Shown: positions 1-9,876 of the stretch, piece after piece
Layout: every line of letters begins with the position of its first letter
Numbering within the stretch: position 1 is the stretch's first letter
Assembly: GCA_037442825.1 (NCBI GenBank)
Contig: JBBIPN010000011.1
Location: 1-25,694 of the forward strand
From: Sulfurihydrogenibium sp.
GTDB taxonomy: Bacteria; Aquificota; Aquificia; Aquificales; Hydrogenothermaceae
DNA length: 25,694 nt
Reading direction: 5' to 3'
Notes under the pieces: model-generated
What the model was told of the DNA's origin: nothing
Databases searched by the model: none
The model's input: the letters and a program-made list of their open reading frames with translations, nothing else
Position numbers and translations under genes: made by a program

Positions 1-145
1 ATGGATTTATACCTTGGGGGATTTACACCTTTAGATAATAGTATTTGTTTTATTAGTTGTTTTTAAATTTTCTAAAAAAGATTTTTAAAGTCATAAAATT
101 AAAATAAACATCTATCTATTCAAAAATTAAACTAATATTTTTTTG

Positions 146-175
146 TTGACTTTATCATATTTTTAATGTTATAAT
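146..175 (+). promoter_or_regulatory. sigma70-type promoter of the TonB-dependent receptor
   Basis: TTGACT (146-151), 18-bp spacer, extended -10 TGtTATAAT (167-175); SD AGGAGG at 203-208 downstream. Confidence 0.7.
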
Positions 176-214
176 CACATGATAATATTTCATATAAACA
201 ACAGGAGGATTAAC

Positions 215-2296
215 ATGAAAAAGTCAGCAGCAATTACGTTATTATCATCGTTTATTTTAGTTTCTAACTCTTTTGCTGAAGATGGTATAAGATTAGAAAA
301 AATAACGGTAGAAGGTAAAAAGCTGGAAGAAAAAACCACAAAAAAGATTGATAAAGAGAACGTTAAAATAACAAGGCAGATAGATTTAGGAGAAATACTA
401 TCAGAATACTACCCAGAAATTTTGTATATGAGAAAAGGCGGGATAGCTAACGATTTATACATAAGAGGATTTTCAAGAGATAATATCAACGTTTTAATTG
501 ATGGTTCTAAGATATATGGAGCTTGTCCAAATAGAATGGATCCACCATCTTTTCATGTATCAAGTCCTCAGATAGAAAATGTTATAATCAAAGAAGGTCC
601 TTTTGATATAGAAAATGCCGGTTCTTTAGCAGCTGTTGTAAATGTTAAAACAAAAGATCCAAAGGAAGGTGTAAGTGGAGAAATAGGTGGAAGTTATGGA
701 AGCTTTAGTTATAGAACAGGTTATATTTGGGGTAATACAGGCAACCAGATTATAAAAGTTTTAGTAGGAGCATCAAACCAATACTCAAAACCTTATGAAA
801 GTGGAGAAGGAAAAAGGGTTACAGAATATTCAGTTTATCAAACACCTATGGGGCCTACAGCAGGTAAATATAAGCCACAATTCATAAATGATAAAGCTTA
901 TAATATAGATAGAGTTTGGACAAAAGTTTTAATAACACCAAAAAATAATGTAGATATTAAATTTTCTTATGCTTTTGAAAATGCGAGGGATGTTTTATAC
1001 CCTGCTTTAAAGATGGATGCTTTGTATGATAGAACTAATAGATTCAATTTTGATTTTAATTTGAAAGATGTTGGTTTAAGATTTAGTGTATATTACAATG
1101 AGGTTAAACACGATATGAGAGATACATTTAGAACCACCTCAAATCCTTTTCCAGCTTTAGGTTATAGTATGAAAACTTACGCAGAATCAAAAATGTTTGG
1201 TACTAAAATTATAAAAGATTTAAATATTTTGGGTATTAATTCATCTATTGGAATTGACACATATTTGAGAAACTGGCTTGCTGATAACGTTCAAAATGGT
1301 GGTGGAAACGTAAACAATGGTATGATTCCAGATGTTAAAATCAAGGATATAGGTATCTTTTTAAAAGGCAATAAAAACATAGATAAATGGAGTATATCTG
1401 GAGGTTTAAGGTACGATTATACGTATTCAAAAGCAAACCCTGATATTATGAGTGCTAATAATAGAAACTTATTTGTAAATAATAATGGAAATAACTTTTC
1501 GAATACAGATAACTATCTATCAGGAAACTTTGTTTTTAAATACAATATAAATAAAAAAGATAATATCTATATTGGATTTGGTAGAACAGTTAGAGTACCT
1601 GACCCAGAAGAAAGGTTTATTGCTCTAACTGGAATGGCTCCATGGTATGGTAATTCAAACTTAAAACCTACAAAAAACAATGAAATAGATACAGGTTTTG
1701 AATATTTCCCTATCAACAATATAGGAATAAAAGCAAATGCATTTTATAGCTTTTTACAAGATTTTATATATCTATATCAATATATGATAGGAACGACAAC
1801 TTATACAACATATCGAAATATAAATGCTGCTATCTATGGTCTTGATTTAAATACTTTTGTAATGATAGATGATAAAATATCAGCTGAGGTCGGTTTAGCT
1901 TATCAAAAAGGTAGTAAAACAGATAAAAAGGGTCTTTATAATGATAGTGATTTAGTAGAAATTCCACCGTTGAAAGGAAGAGTAGCATTAAAGTATGATG
2001 ATTCTAAATTGTATGGATTACTAGAAGGAATATATTCAGCTAAACAATCAAGTGTTGATTCAGATTTGAAAGAGCAACAAACTGGAAGTTGGTTTATCGT
2101 AAATCTTAAAGCAGGTTATACATATGGAAACAAACTTTTTGTAGGTATAGGAGTAGATAATCTATTTGACAGATTTTATTACAACTATCTTTCCTATGTA
2201 AGGGATCCATTTAGAGGTATATCACAAAGCGGTATACCAGTAAAAATACCAGAACCAGGAAGATTTATTTACGCAAACTTATCTTATAAATTTTGA
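215..2296 (+). CDS. TonB-dependent outer-membrane receptor, OprC/NosA-like copper receptor
   Basis: Signal peptide MKKSAAITLL...SFA; TonB-box-like LEKITVEG; plug motif GACPNRMDPP (CxxxM) and barrel HDM (HxM); C-terminal YANLSYKF. Start moved from 179 to ATG 215 because AGGAGG precedes it. Confidence 0.88.
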   Translation: MKKSAAITLLSSFILVSNSFAEDGIRLEKITVEGKKLEEKTTKKIDKENVKITRQIDLGEILSEYYPEILYMRKGGIANDLYIRGFSRDNINVLIDGSKIYGACPNRMDPPSFHVSSPQIENVIIKEGPFDIENAGSLAAVVNVKTKDPKEGVSGEIGGSYGSFSYRTGYIWGNTGNQIIKVLVGASNQYSKPYESGEGKRVTEYSVYQTPMGPTAGKYKPQFINDKAYNIDRVWTKVLITPKNNVDIKFSYAFENARDVLYPALKMDALYDRTNRFNFDFNLKDVGLRFSVYYNEVKHDMRDTFRTTSNPFPALGYSMKTYAESKMFGTKIIKDLNILGINSSIGIDTYLRNWLADNVQNGGGNVNNGMIPDVKIKDIGIFLKGNKNIDKWSISGGLRYDYTYSKANPDIMSANNRNLFVNNNGNNFSNTDNYLSGNFVFKYNINKKDNIYIGFGRTVRVPDPEERFIALTGMAPWYGNSNLKPTKNNEIDTGFEYFPINNIGIKANAFYSFLQDFIYLYQYMIGTTTYTTYRNINAAIYGLDLNTFVMIDDKISAEVGLAYQKGSKTDKKGLYNDSDLVEIPPLKGRVALKYDDSKLYGLLEGIYSAKQSSVDSDLKEQQTGSWFIVNLKAGYTYGNKLFVGIGVDNLFDRFYYNYLSYVRDPFRGISQSGIPVKIPEPGRFIYANLSYKF

Positions 2297-2318
2297 CCTG
2301 CTGCTATCAATTTAACTA

Positions 2319-2350
2319 TAAAGGAAGGTTTAAAAGCCTTCCTTTTTATT
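2319..2350 (+). terminator. Rho-independent terminator
   Basis: AAGGAAGGTT-taa-AAGCCTTCCTT hairpin followed by a T tract. Confidence 0.85.
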
Positions 2351-2368
2351 TTTTTTTCTAAAAAATAA

Positions 2369-2414
2369 AATCAAACACTGTTTGATTGACAAATTTAAAA
2401 TGTCGTTATATTCT
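2369..2414 (+). promoter_or_regulatory. mdh operon promoter with overlapping palindromic operator
   Basis: Perfect 9-1-9 palindrome AATCAAACA-C-TGTTTGATT (2369-2387); TTGACA (2386-2391), 17 bp, TATTCT (2409-2414). Confidence 0.7.
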
Positions 2415-2449
2415 AATTATATTTAAATTTATTTCAAGGAGGATCTTTA

Positions 2450-3448
2450 ATGGGAGAGTATAAAAGACCTACTGTCTCTATAATAGGAGCAGGAAATGTA
2501 GGAGAGCATGTTGCAAATTTAATAGCTATTAGAGAGTTGGCAAATATTAAGCTTTTTGATTTACCGAAAAAAGCAGAAGATAAAGTTTTTGAAATTGTAA
2601 AAGGAAAAGCATTAGATATAAAACAGATGGCAGCTGCAATAGGTGTAGATGTAGATATAAAAGGATATACTGTTACTGCAGATGGTCAAGGATATGAACC
2701 AATGAAAGACTCTGATATAGTAGTTATAACTGCTGGTTTTCCAAGAAGACCTGGTATGAGTAGGGATGATCTATTAACAGCAAACGTAAACATTATAAAA
2801 ACAATCTCAGAAAGAATTGCTTTATACGCACCAAATGCTGTTGTTATCGTAGTATCAAATCCTGTTGATGTTTTAACATATGCTACACTAAAAATAACTG
2901 GATTTAGTAAAAATAAAGTTTTAGGAATGGCTGGCGTCCTTGATACTGCAAGATTTAAAACGTTTATATCCCAAGAACTTAAAATTTCAGTATCAAATAT
3001 TAACTGTTTTGTTTTAGGTAGCCATGGAGATGATATGGTTCCACTCCTTTCTGCTTCAAATGTAGGTGGAATACCTTTAACCAATTTATTTACAAAAGAG
3101 AAATTAGAAGAAATTATAAATAGAACGAAATATGGGGGAGGGGAAATAGTTAATTTAATGGGAACATCTGCTTACCATGCACCTGGTGCTTCTGTTGTTG
3201 AGATGGTTGAGGCAATTTTAAAGGATAAGAAAAAGATAATGCCTTGTTCTGTATATTTAGAAGGAGAAGATGCAAGACATTATGAAGCTTACGATGTGTG
3301 TGTAGGTTTACCGGTAAAAGTTGGAGCTAATGGATGGGAAGAAGTATTAAAGTTAAACTTAACATATGAAGAAGAACAGATGTGGAAATCTTCTGTAAAA
3401 TCTGTAAAAGAAGGAATAGAAAGAATAAAAGAGTTAAAATTAATTTAA
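2450..3448 (+). CDS. mdh: malate dehydrogenase (LDH-like type)
   Basis: GAGNVG Rossmann motif, TAGFPRRPGMSRDDLL substrate loop, VSNPVD, LDTAR, GSHGD; SD AGGAGG. Confidence 0.95.
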   Translation: MGEYKRPTVSIIGAGNVGEHVANLIAIRELANIKLFDLPKKAEDKVFEIVKGKALDIKQMAAAIGVDVDIKGYTVTADGQGYEPMKDSDIVVITAGFPRRPGMSRDDLLTANVNIIKTISERIALYAPNAVVIVVSNPVDVLTYATLKITGFSKNKVLGMAGVLDTARFKTFISQELKISVSNINCFVLGSHGDDMVPLLSASNVGGIPLTNLFTKEKLEEIINRTKYGGGEIVNLMGTSAYHAPGASVVEMVEAILKDKKKIMPCSVYLEGEDARHYEAYDVCVGLPVKVGANGWEEVLKLNLTYEEEQMWKSSVKSVKEGIERIKELKLI

Positions 3449-3477
3449 TAATATTTTTGGAAAAAGGGGTGTTTACA

Positions 3478-4323
3478 TTGAGAGAGGTAAATGTAACTCA
3501 GATTATAGAAACTGTTAAAAATATGGTTATGTCAAGTGAGTATAAGCTTCCAGAAGATTTTATCCAAGCTATAAAAATAGTGAAAGGAAAAGAAGAATCA
3601 CCATTAGGCAAAGAAATACTTGATGAAATTTTAAAAAATGCTGAAGTTTCAGAAAAAGAACAAGTTGCATATTGTCAAGATACTGGTTATCCAGTCTTTT
3701 TTGTTGAAGTTGGACAAGATGTTAAGATAGTAGGTGGAAACTTAAGGGATGCTATTAACGAAGGCGTTAGAAGGGCTACAAAAGAAGGATATTTAAGAGC
3801 TTCCCTCGCATATGATCCTATTTTTGATAGAAAAAATACGGGAGACAATACACCTGCTTTGATATATTTTGATATTGTAGAAGGTAATAAAATAAAGATT
3901 AAATTTGCTGCAAAAGGTGGTGGTTCTGAAAATCAAAGTAAACAAGCTATGTTAAAACCAGCAGATGGATTAGAAGGAGTAAAAAAGTTTATTTTGCAAT
4001 CAATAGCAAATGCAGGACCAAATGCTTGTCCACCTTTTACAGTAGGAGTAGGTATAGGTGGTACCTTTGATTATAGTGCTGTGCTAGCAAAAAAATCTCT
4101 TTTTAGGTATATAGGAGAAAGACATCCAGATCCAAGAATAGCAAAGTTAGAAGAGGAACTTATAGAACTTGCAAATCAACTTGGTGTTGGACCACTTGGA
4201 TTTGGTGGAACAACAACAGTTGTAGATGTAAAGATAGAGGTTGCACCTTGTCATATAGCATCGCTACCAGTTGCTGTAAATATTCAATGTCATGCAGCAA
4301 GACATATAGAAGTAGAAATATAA
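3478..4323 (+). CDS. fumA: Fe-S fumarate hydratase (two-subunit class I), alpha subunit
   Basis: CQDTG, KGGGSEN, NACPP, CHIASLPVAVNIQCHA motifs. Start reassigned to TTG 3478 (MREV...) behind the GGGGTG SD; the ORF-track extension overlaps mdh. Confidence 0.92.
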   Translation: MREVNVTQIIETVKNMVMSSEYKLPEDFIQAIKIVKGKEESPLGKEILDEILKNAEVSEKEQVAYCQDTGYPVFFVEVGQDVKIVGGNLRDAINEGVRRATKEGYLRASLAYDPIFDRKNTGDNTPALIYFDIVEGNKIKIKFAAKGGGSENQSKQAMLKPADGLEGVKKFILQSIANAGPNACPPFTVGVGIGGTFDYSAVLAKKSLFRYIGERHPDPRIAKLEEELIELANQLGVGPLGFGGTTTVVDVKIEVAPCHIASLPVAVNIQCHAARHIEVEI

Positions 4324-4339
4324 ATTAGAGGTTTTGAAA

Positions 4340-4903
4340 ATGGTTGAAGCAAAAGTTATAACAACACCATTAACAGATGAGATAATAGAAAATTTAAGAG
4401 CTGGAGATAAAGTTTTAATAAACGGTTGGGTTTATACAGCAAGAGATGCAGCACATAAAAGAATGTTAGAAGAATATGAAAAAACTGGGAAATTACCTTT
4501 TGATGTAAAAGGACAATTAATATACTATGTTGGACCTACACCTGCTAAACCTAACCAAGTTATAGGTTCTGCTGGACCTACAACAGCTTACAGAATGGAT
4601 AAATATACACCAAAACTATTAGAGCTTGGTTTAAAAGGGACTATAGGAAAAGGTTGGAGAGGACCAGAAGTTAAAGAAGCATTGAAAAAATATAAAGCTG
4701 TTTACTTTGCAGCTTATGGTGGTACAGCAGCTTTACTGTCTAAACATATAATAAAAGTAGAAATGGTTGCCTATGAAGATTTAGGTCCTGAAGCTATTAG
4801 AAAACTTTACTTTGAAAATTTCCCAGTGATTGTAGCAAACGATATATATGGTGGTGACGTTTTTGAAGAAGGACAGAAAAAGTATAGAAAGTTGATCATA
4901 TAA
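4340..4903 (+). CDS. fumB: Fe-S fumarate hydratase, beta subunit
   Basis: TARDAAHKR, GPTTAYRMD, IGKG, DLGPEAI motifs; ATG 4340 lies 7 nt after GAGGT. Confidence 0.92.
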   Translation: MVEAKVITTPLTDEIIENLRAGDKVLINGWVYTARDAAHKRMLEEYEKTGKLPFDVKGQLIYYVGPTPAKPNQVIGSAGPTTAYRMDKYTPKLLELGLKGTIGKGWRGPEVKEALKKYKAVYFAAYGGTAALLSKHIIKVEMVAYEDLGPEAIRKLYFENFPVIVANDIYGGDVFEEGQKKYRKLII

Positions 4904-4925
4904 ATAATGTTTTGGAGGTTAACAG

Positions 4926-6092
4926 ATGAAGGTTCATGAACATCAAGCTAAAGAGGTCTTTAGAAAATATGGTTTACCTGTTCCAAGAGGTTATCCAGCT
5001 TTTGATGTAAAGGAAGCTGTGGAAGCAGCAGAGGAGCTTGGTACTTGGCCAGTAGTTGTAAAAGCCCAAATTCATGCAGGTGGAAGAGGTAAAGCTGGAG
5101 GTGTAAAACTTGCTAGATCCATAGAAGAAGTTCAAAATATAGCAGCAGAGTTACTTGGAAAAAAATTAGTTACATTCCAAACTGGACTAGAAGGTTTACC
5201 AGTTAGCAGATTGTATATAGAAGAAGGAACAGCAATAGACAAAGAGTATTATGTGGCCATTACACTAGATAGAAGTAAATCAAAACCAATAATTATGGTT
5301 TCTGCTGCTGGTGGTATGGAAATAGAAGAAGTAGCAGCAACAAATCCAGAAGCGATAATAACACACACAATAGAGCCATTCGTAGGTTTAAGAAGTTATC
5401 ATGCAAGAGAGTTAGCCCTAAAATTAGGACTTCCAAAAAATTTATTAAATAAAGCAGCATCACTTTTTATAACACTTTATAAAATCTATATAGAACTTGA
5501 TGCTTCTATGGTTGAGATCAATCCACTTGTTTTAACAAAAGATGGTAATTTAGTAATATTAGACGCTAAAATTGATTTTGATGATAACGGCTTATTTAAA
5601 CATCCAGAAATAATGGAGATGGATGACCCTACACAAATATCATCATTAGAAGTAGAAGCTAAAAAATACAATCTTAACTATATTAAACTTGATGGAAATA
5701 TAGCATGTATGGTTAACGGTGCTGGTTTAGCTATGTCAACAATGGACACAATTAAACTTGCTGGTGGAGAACCTGCAAACTTCCTTGATGTTGGTGGTTC
5801 TGCAAATGCAACCCAAATAGCAAATGCATTTAAAATAATTTTATCTGACCCAAACGTTAAAGCTATATTTATAAATATCTTTGGTGGTATATTAAGATGT
5901 GATAGACTTGCTGAAGGTATTATAACAGCAGCTAAAGAAGTTTCTATAAATGTACCAGTTATAGTCAGAATGGAAGGAACAAATGTAGAACTTGGTAAAA
6001 AGATGCTACAAGAATCTGGATTACCGTTGATTACAGCTGATACAATGTGGGAAGGTGCTTTAAAAGCTGTAGAAGCAGCAAATAAACAATAA
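4926..6092 (+). CDS. sucC: succinyl-CoA synthetase beta subunit
   Basis: [44 protein letters not shown]. Confidence 0.96.
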   Translation: MKVHEHQAKEVFRKYGLPVPRGYPAFDVKEAVEAAEELGTWPVVVKAQIHAGGRGKAGGVKLARSIEEVQNIAAELLGKKLVTFQTGLEGLPVSRLYIEEGTAIDKEYYVAITLDRSKSKPIIMVSAAGGMEIEEVAATNPEAIITHTIEPFVGLRSYHARELALKLGLPKNLLNKAASLFITLYKIYIELDASMVEINPLVLTKDGNLVILDAKIDFDDNGLFKHPEIMEMDDPTQISSLEVEAKKYNLNYIKLDGNIACMVNGAGLAMSTMDTIKLAGGEPANFLDVGGSANATQIANAFKIILSDPNVKAIFINIFGGILRCDRLAEGIITAAKEVSINVPVIVRMEGTNVELGKKMLQESGLPLITADTMWEGALKAVEAANKQ

Positions 6093-6103
6093 AGGAGGTT
6101 AAA

Positions 6104-6988
6104 ATGAGTGTATTAGTAAATAAAAATACAAAGGTTGTTGTTCAAGGAATTACTGGAAGGGAAGGTAGTTTTCATGCAACTCAATGTAAAGCTTATGGAA
6201 CTCAAGTAGTGGCAGGTGTAACACCAGGTAAAAAAGGTGAAAATGTAGAAGGTATACCAGTTTTTGATACAGTTAACGAAGCAGTGAAAGAAACAGGTGC
6301 TAATTGTTCTCTTATATTTGTTCCACCACCATTTGCAGCAGATGCCATACTTGAAGCTGTAGATGCAGGTATAAAAACTGTAATATGTATAACAGAAGGT
6401 ATACCTGTTAACGATATGTTACCTGTAAAACAGTATATTAAAAAATACTACCCAGAAACAGTGTTAATTGGTCCAAACTGTCCAGGAGTAATTACACCTG
6501 AAGAAGCAAAAATTGGTATAATGCCAGGACATATATTTAAAAAAGGAAACGTTGGTATTGTATCAAGAAGTGGAACATTGACATATGAAGCTGCTTATCA
6601 GCTTACAACGAGAGGAGTAGGGCAATCAACAGCTGTAGGTATAGGTGGAGATCCAATTCCTGGAACTGTGTTTGCAGATGTTTTAAAATGGTTCCAAGAT
6701 GACCCTGAAACGGAAGCAATAGTTATGATCGGAGAAATAGGTGGAACAGCAGAAGAAGAGGCAGCAGAGTTTATAAAATCTTATGTTAAAAAACCTGTTG
6801 TTGCATATATTGCAGGTGTTACGGCGCCACCAGGAAAAAGGATGGGACATGCAGGTGCTATTATTGCAGGGGGAAAAGGTACAGCAGCAGAAAAATACAA
6901 AGCATTGGAATCAGCAGGTGCAACAACTGTTAAAAATCCATCTATAATAGGTGAAACAGTTGAAAAAGTTTTAAAAGGAAATATATGA
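6104..6988 (+). CDS. sucD: succinyl-CoA synthetase alpha subunit
   Basis: [20 protein letters not shown], phospho-His motif RMGHAGAI. Confidence 0.96.
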   Translation: MSVLVNKNTKVVVQGITGREGSFHATQCKAYGTQVVAGVTPGKKGENVEGIPVFDTVNEAVKETGANCSLIFVPPPFAADAILEAVDAGIKTVICITEGIPVNDMLPVKQYIKKYYPETVLIGPNCPGVITPEEAKIGIMPGHIFKKGNVGIVSRSGTLTYEAAYQLTTRGVGQSTAVGIGGDPIPGTVFADVLKWFQDDPETEAIVMIGEIGGTAEEEAAEFIKSYVKKPVVAYIAGVTAPPGKRMGHAGAIIAGGKGTAAEKYKALESAGATTVKNPSIIGETVEKVLKGNI

Positions 6989-7025
6989 AAAATAAAGTAA
7001 ATGTTGATTCTAATTATTTAAAAAA

Positions 7026-7076
7026 TAAAACAGTGTTATAAAATCATTGACAATGCAATGAAAGCAATGTTATATT
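7026..7076 (+). promoter_or_regulatory. korAB promoter with upstream palindromic site
   Basis: TAAAACA-G-TGTTATA (7026-7040); TTGACA (7047-7052), 18 bp, extended -10 TGtTATATT (7068-7076). Confidence 0.65.
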
Positions 7077-7123
7077 TTATATACCCATAAGAATATGGGA
7101 AAAATGTTATAGGAGGATTTAAG

Positions 7124-8911
7124 ATGGCTTTCGATTTAACAATTAAGTTTGCAGGCGAAGGTGGAGAAGGTGTAATCTCTGCTGGGGATTTTACAATGAG
7201 GGCTTCAACCTATTTAGGACTTGAAGTTGTAACATTTAAAAGTTTCCCAGCAGAAATAAAAGGTGGATATGCTCTTTCTCAAGTTAGAATGTCAGATCAA
7301 AAAATTCTATCTCAAGGTGATGGATTTCAAATATTATTTGCATTTAATGGTGAAGCATATGAAGTAAATAAACCTTTATTAAAACCAGGTACAGTTTTAG
7401 TATGGGATGGTCCAGAAGGTGGAGATTTTGAACCAGAGTTTGACTGGTTAGAAAAAATAGGTGTGATTACTTATGCTGTTCCAATGTCCAAGTTGGCAAA
7501 AGAAGAGGTTGGTGCTTATATTACTAAAAATATGGTTGCTCTTGGTGCAGCTTCAGAATTGTTTAATATTCCAATAGATGTTTACAAACAACAAATCTTA
7601 TCTAAATTCTCTAAAAAAGGACAAGATGTTGTAGATTTAAACTTTAAAGCTTTAGATGCTGGTATAAACTGGGCTAAAAATAATATAAAGAAAGTAGACC
7701 CTTATAAACTTCCAGAGAGACAACCACAAAAAGATATAATCATATTGGAAGGTAACGAAGCTATAGCTTTAGGTGCTGCTGTTGCAGGTTGTAAAGTTTT
7801 TGCAGCGTATCCAATAACTCCAGCTACAAGTATTGGAAACTATCTCTCTGAAATGATACTTAGAGTAAATGGTTATGTTTACCAAGCAGAAGATGAAATA
7901 TCTTCAATGGCTATTGTAATAGGTGCTTCATTCTCTGGTGTTAAAGCTATGACAGCAACATCTGGGCCTGGTATATCTTTAATGCAAGAATTAATAGGTC
8001 TTGCATCTATGGCAGAGATTCCAGCAGTTATCGTTGATGTTCAAAGAGGTGGACCTTCGACAGGTATGCCAACAAAACATGACCAAGCTGACCTATATGC
8101 TGCTGCAATTGGTGGCCACGGTGATGGCCAAAGAATCGTAATAGCACCTACAAACGTAGAAGAGAATTTCTACCTTACTATAGAAGCTTTTAACCTTGCA
8201 GAAAGATACCAATGCCCAGTATTATTCCTAACAGATGCTTCACTGTCTTTAAGAGCTGAAGCTATATCTACACCAAATATAGAAGAAATTCAATCAAAAT
8301 TAATAAACAGACCATTAATTACAAAAGATATGAATGTTAATATAGATGAAATATTAAGATATAAAGTTACTGAAACTGGTTTATCTCCAATGCTTGCACC
8401 TGGAGTATCTCCAAAGCCATATGCAGCAACTGGATTAGAGCACGGTGAAGATTCTTCTCCAAGAACAAGACCAGATATAAGAAAAATGATGATGGAAAAA
8501 AGATTTAGAAAACTCGAGAATATTGAAGAAGAAAATCAACATCTATTAGAATGGGATTTAGGGGATTTACAAGAAGGTGAAAAAGCAGATATATCTGTTA
8601 TAGCGTGGGGATTAACTGCTTCAATTACCAAAGAGGCTATTCAAAGATTAAGAAAGAAGGGTTATAAGATAGCTGCTTTATATCCAAAACTTCTTTATCC
8701 TGTTCCAGCTAAAGCTATAGAGAAAGTTGCAAGTATGTCTGATATAACACTTGTTCCAGAGGCAAATTATACAGGGCAGTTTGCAAGATTTATAAGAATG
8801 TACACAGATGTAAAACCAATTCAATACAATATTTATAGAGGAGAACCATTTATACCAGCTGAAATTGAAGCAAAAATTGAAGAATTAATAGGAAAACCAG
8901 TAAATGCTTAA
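7124..8911 (+). CDS. korA: 2-oxoglutarate:ferredoxin oxidoreductase alpha subunit (gamma-alpha fusion, two-subunit type)
   Basis: N-terminal GEGGEGV/SFPAEIKGG gamma domain, YPITP, EDEI, TSGPG, QRGGPSTGMPT; resembles Hydrogenobacter KorA (from recall); follows sucCD. Confidence 0.92.
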   Translation: MAFDLTIKFAGEGGEGVISAGDFTMRASTYLGLEVVTFKSFPAEIKGGYALSQVRMSDQKILSQGDGFQILFAFNGEAYEVNKPLLKPGTVLVWDGPEGGDFEPEFDWLEKIGVITYAVPMSKLAKEEVGAYITKNMVALGAASELFNIPIDVYKQQILSKFSKKGQDVVDLNFKALDAGINWAKNNIKKVDPYKLPERQPQKDIIILEGNEAIALGAAVAGCKVFAAYPITPATSIGNYLSEMILRVNGYVYQAEDEISSMAIVIGASFSGVKAMTATSGPGISLMQELIGLASMAEIPAVIVDVQRGGPSTGMPTKHDQADLYAAAIGGHGDGQRIVIAPTNVEENFYLTIEAFNLAERYQCPVLFLTDASLSLRAEAISTPNIEEIQSKLINRPLITKDMNVNIDEILRYKVTETGLSPMLAPGVSPKPYAATGLEHGEDSSPRTRPDIRKMMMEKRFRKLENIEEENQHLLEWDLGDLQEGEKADISVIAWGLTASITKEAIQRLRKKGYKIAALYPKLLYPVPAKAIEKVASMSDITLVPEANYTGQFARFIRMYTDVKPIQYNIYRGEPFIPAEIEAKIEELIGKPVNA

Positions 8912-8935
8912 TTATTAAAAAGGAGGTAAATTAAC

Positions 8936-9841
8936 ATGTCATATCAATTTATAAAGTTAGAGGAAAAGTTACAACCAAAAGATTATAGGAGTAATATAGA
9001 ACCTACATGGTGCCCAGGTTGTGGTGATTTTGGTGTAGTTAGTGGACTTGCAAAAGTTTTTAGTGAAGAGAAATTTGATCCTATAGCTTTAACAATTGTA
9101 TCAGGAATTGGATGTTCTTCAAGATTACCACTTTGGATGAATGTATTTGGAATACATACTTGCCACGGTAGAGCTATCCCAGCAGCTGTAGGAGCAAGAC
9201 TTGCAAAACCAGAAGTTCCTGTATTAGTTACAGCTGGTGATGGTGATTTATTCTCAATAGGTATGGAACACTTCCCACATGCTGCGAGAAAAAATTTCGA
9301 TATAACAGTTGTTTGTATGGACAATAGAATGTATGCTCTTACAAAAAATCAACAATCTCCAACATCTAGGACAGGTTATAAAGGTTCTTTAACTCCTTAC
9401 GGTAATATAGAAGAACCTATAAATATTATTGCATTTGCTATAGCATGTGGTGCTACATTTGTTGCTCAGACTTATTCAGGAAATCCAAAACATGAAGCTG
9501 AGATATTACAAGCTGCAGTTGAACACAAAGGATTTTCTTTTGTAAATATCCTTTCTCCATGTCCTACGTATAATAAAATTGATACATTCCAATACTATAA
9601 AGGAAAAACTATAGACATAAATAAAGAACTTGGTCATGACCCATCAGATTATAATAAAGCTGTAGAACTTGCAAAACATGCTTTAGATCACGATAAGGAT
9701 CCTAATGCAAAAGTTCCACTTGGTATTTTCTTAAAAGTAGAAAAACCAACATTTGAAGATAAAGTTATCGCACTTAAGGAAAAATACGGTGCTTCAGATA
9801 ATCCAGATTGGAATAAAATAATAGAAAGATACAAACCTTAA
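8936..9841 (+). CDS. korB: 2-oxoglutarate:ferredoxin oxidoreductase beta subunit
   Basis: WCPGCGD, SGIGCS, HGRAIP, GDGD TPP motif, DNRMYALTKNQ, SPCPTY. Confidence 0.92.
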   Translation: MSYQFIKLEEKLQPKDYRSNIEPTWCPGCGDFGVVSGLAKVFSEEKFDPIALTIVSGIGCSSRLPLWMNVFGIHTCHGRAIPAAVGARLAKPEVPVLVTAGDGDLFSIGMEHFPHAARKNFDITVVCMDNRMYALTKNQQSPTSRTGYKGSLTPYGNIEEPINIIAFAIACGATFVAQTYSGNPKHEAEILQAAVEHKGFSFVNILSPCPTYNKIDTFQYYKGKTIDINKELGHDPSDYNKAVELAKHALDHDKDPNAKVPLGIFLKVEKPTFEDKVIALKEKYGASDNPDWNKIIERYKP

Positions 9842-9849
9842 AGCTATGG

Positions 9850-9876
9850 AAGGTACCTTTGTAGGGTACCTTTTTA
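9850..9876. terminator. intrinsic terminator between convergent korB and rel/spoT (likely bidirectional)
   Basis: AAGGTACCTT-tgt-AGGGTACCTT hairpin with T run. Confidence 0.8.

Noticed and set aside
3..31. 13-bp near-direct repeat GGATTTA(T/C)ACCTT around a G run; superficially CsoR-like or CRISPR-like
   Set aside because: Only two copies with a 3-nt gap, no proper dyad, and at the window edge where it may be the tail of an upstream gene
179..214. N-terminal extension of the TonB receptor in the ORF track
   Set aside because: Overlaps the predicted transcription start and SD; the signal peptide begins at 215
3382..3477. Cys/Arg-rich N-terminal extension of fumA
   Set aside because: Out-of-frame overlap with the mdh 3' end; SD and family N-terminus favour TTG 3478
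4926..6988. Possibility that sucCD is citryl-CoA synthetase
   Set aside because: Lengths and motifs ([19 protein letters not shown]) are those of canonical succinyl-CoA synthetase
7004..7017. TTGAT-tcta-ATTAT Fnr-like site upstream of korA
   Set aside because: Second half site has two mismatches; too weak in AT-rich DNA
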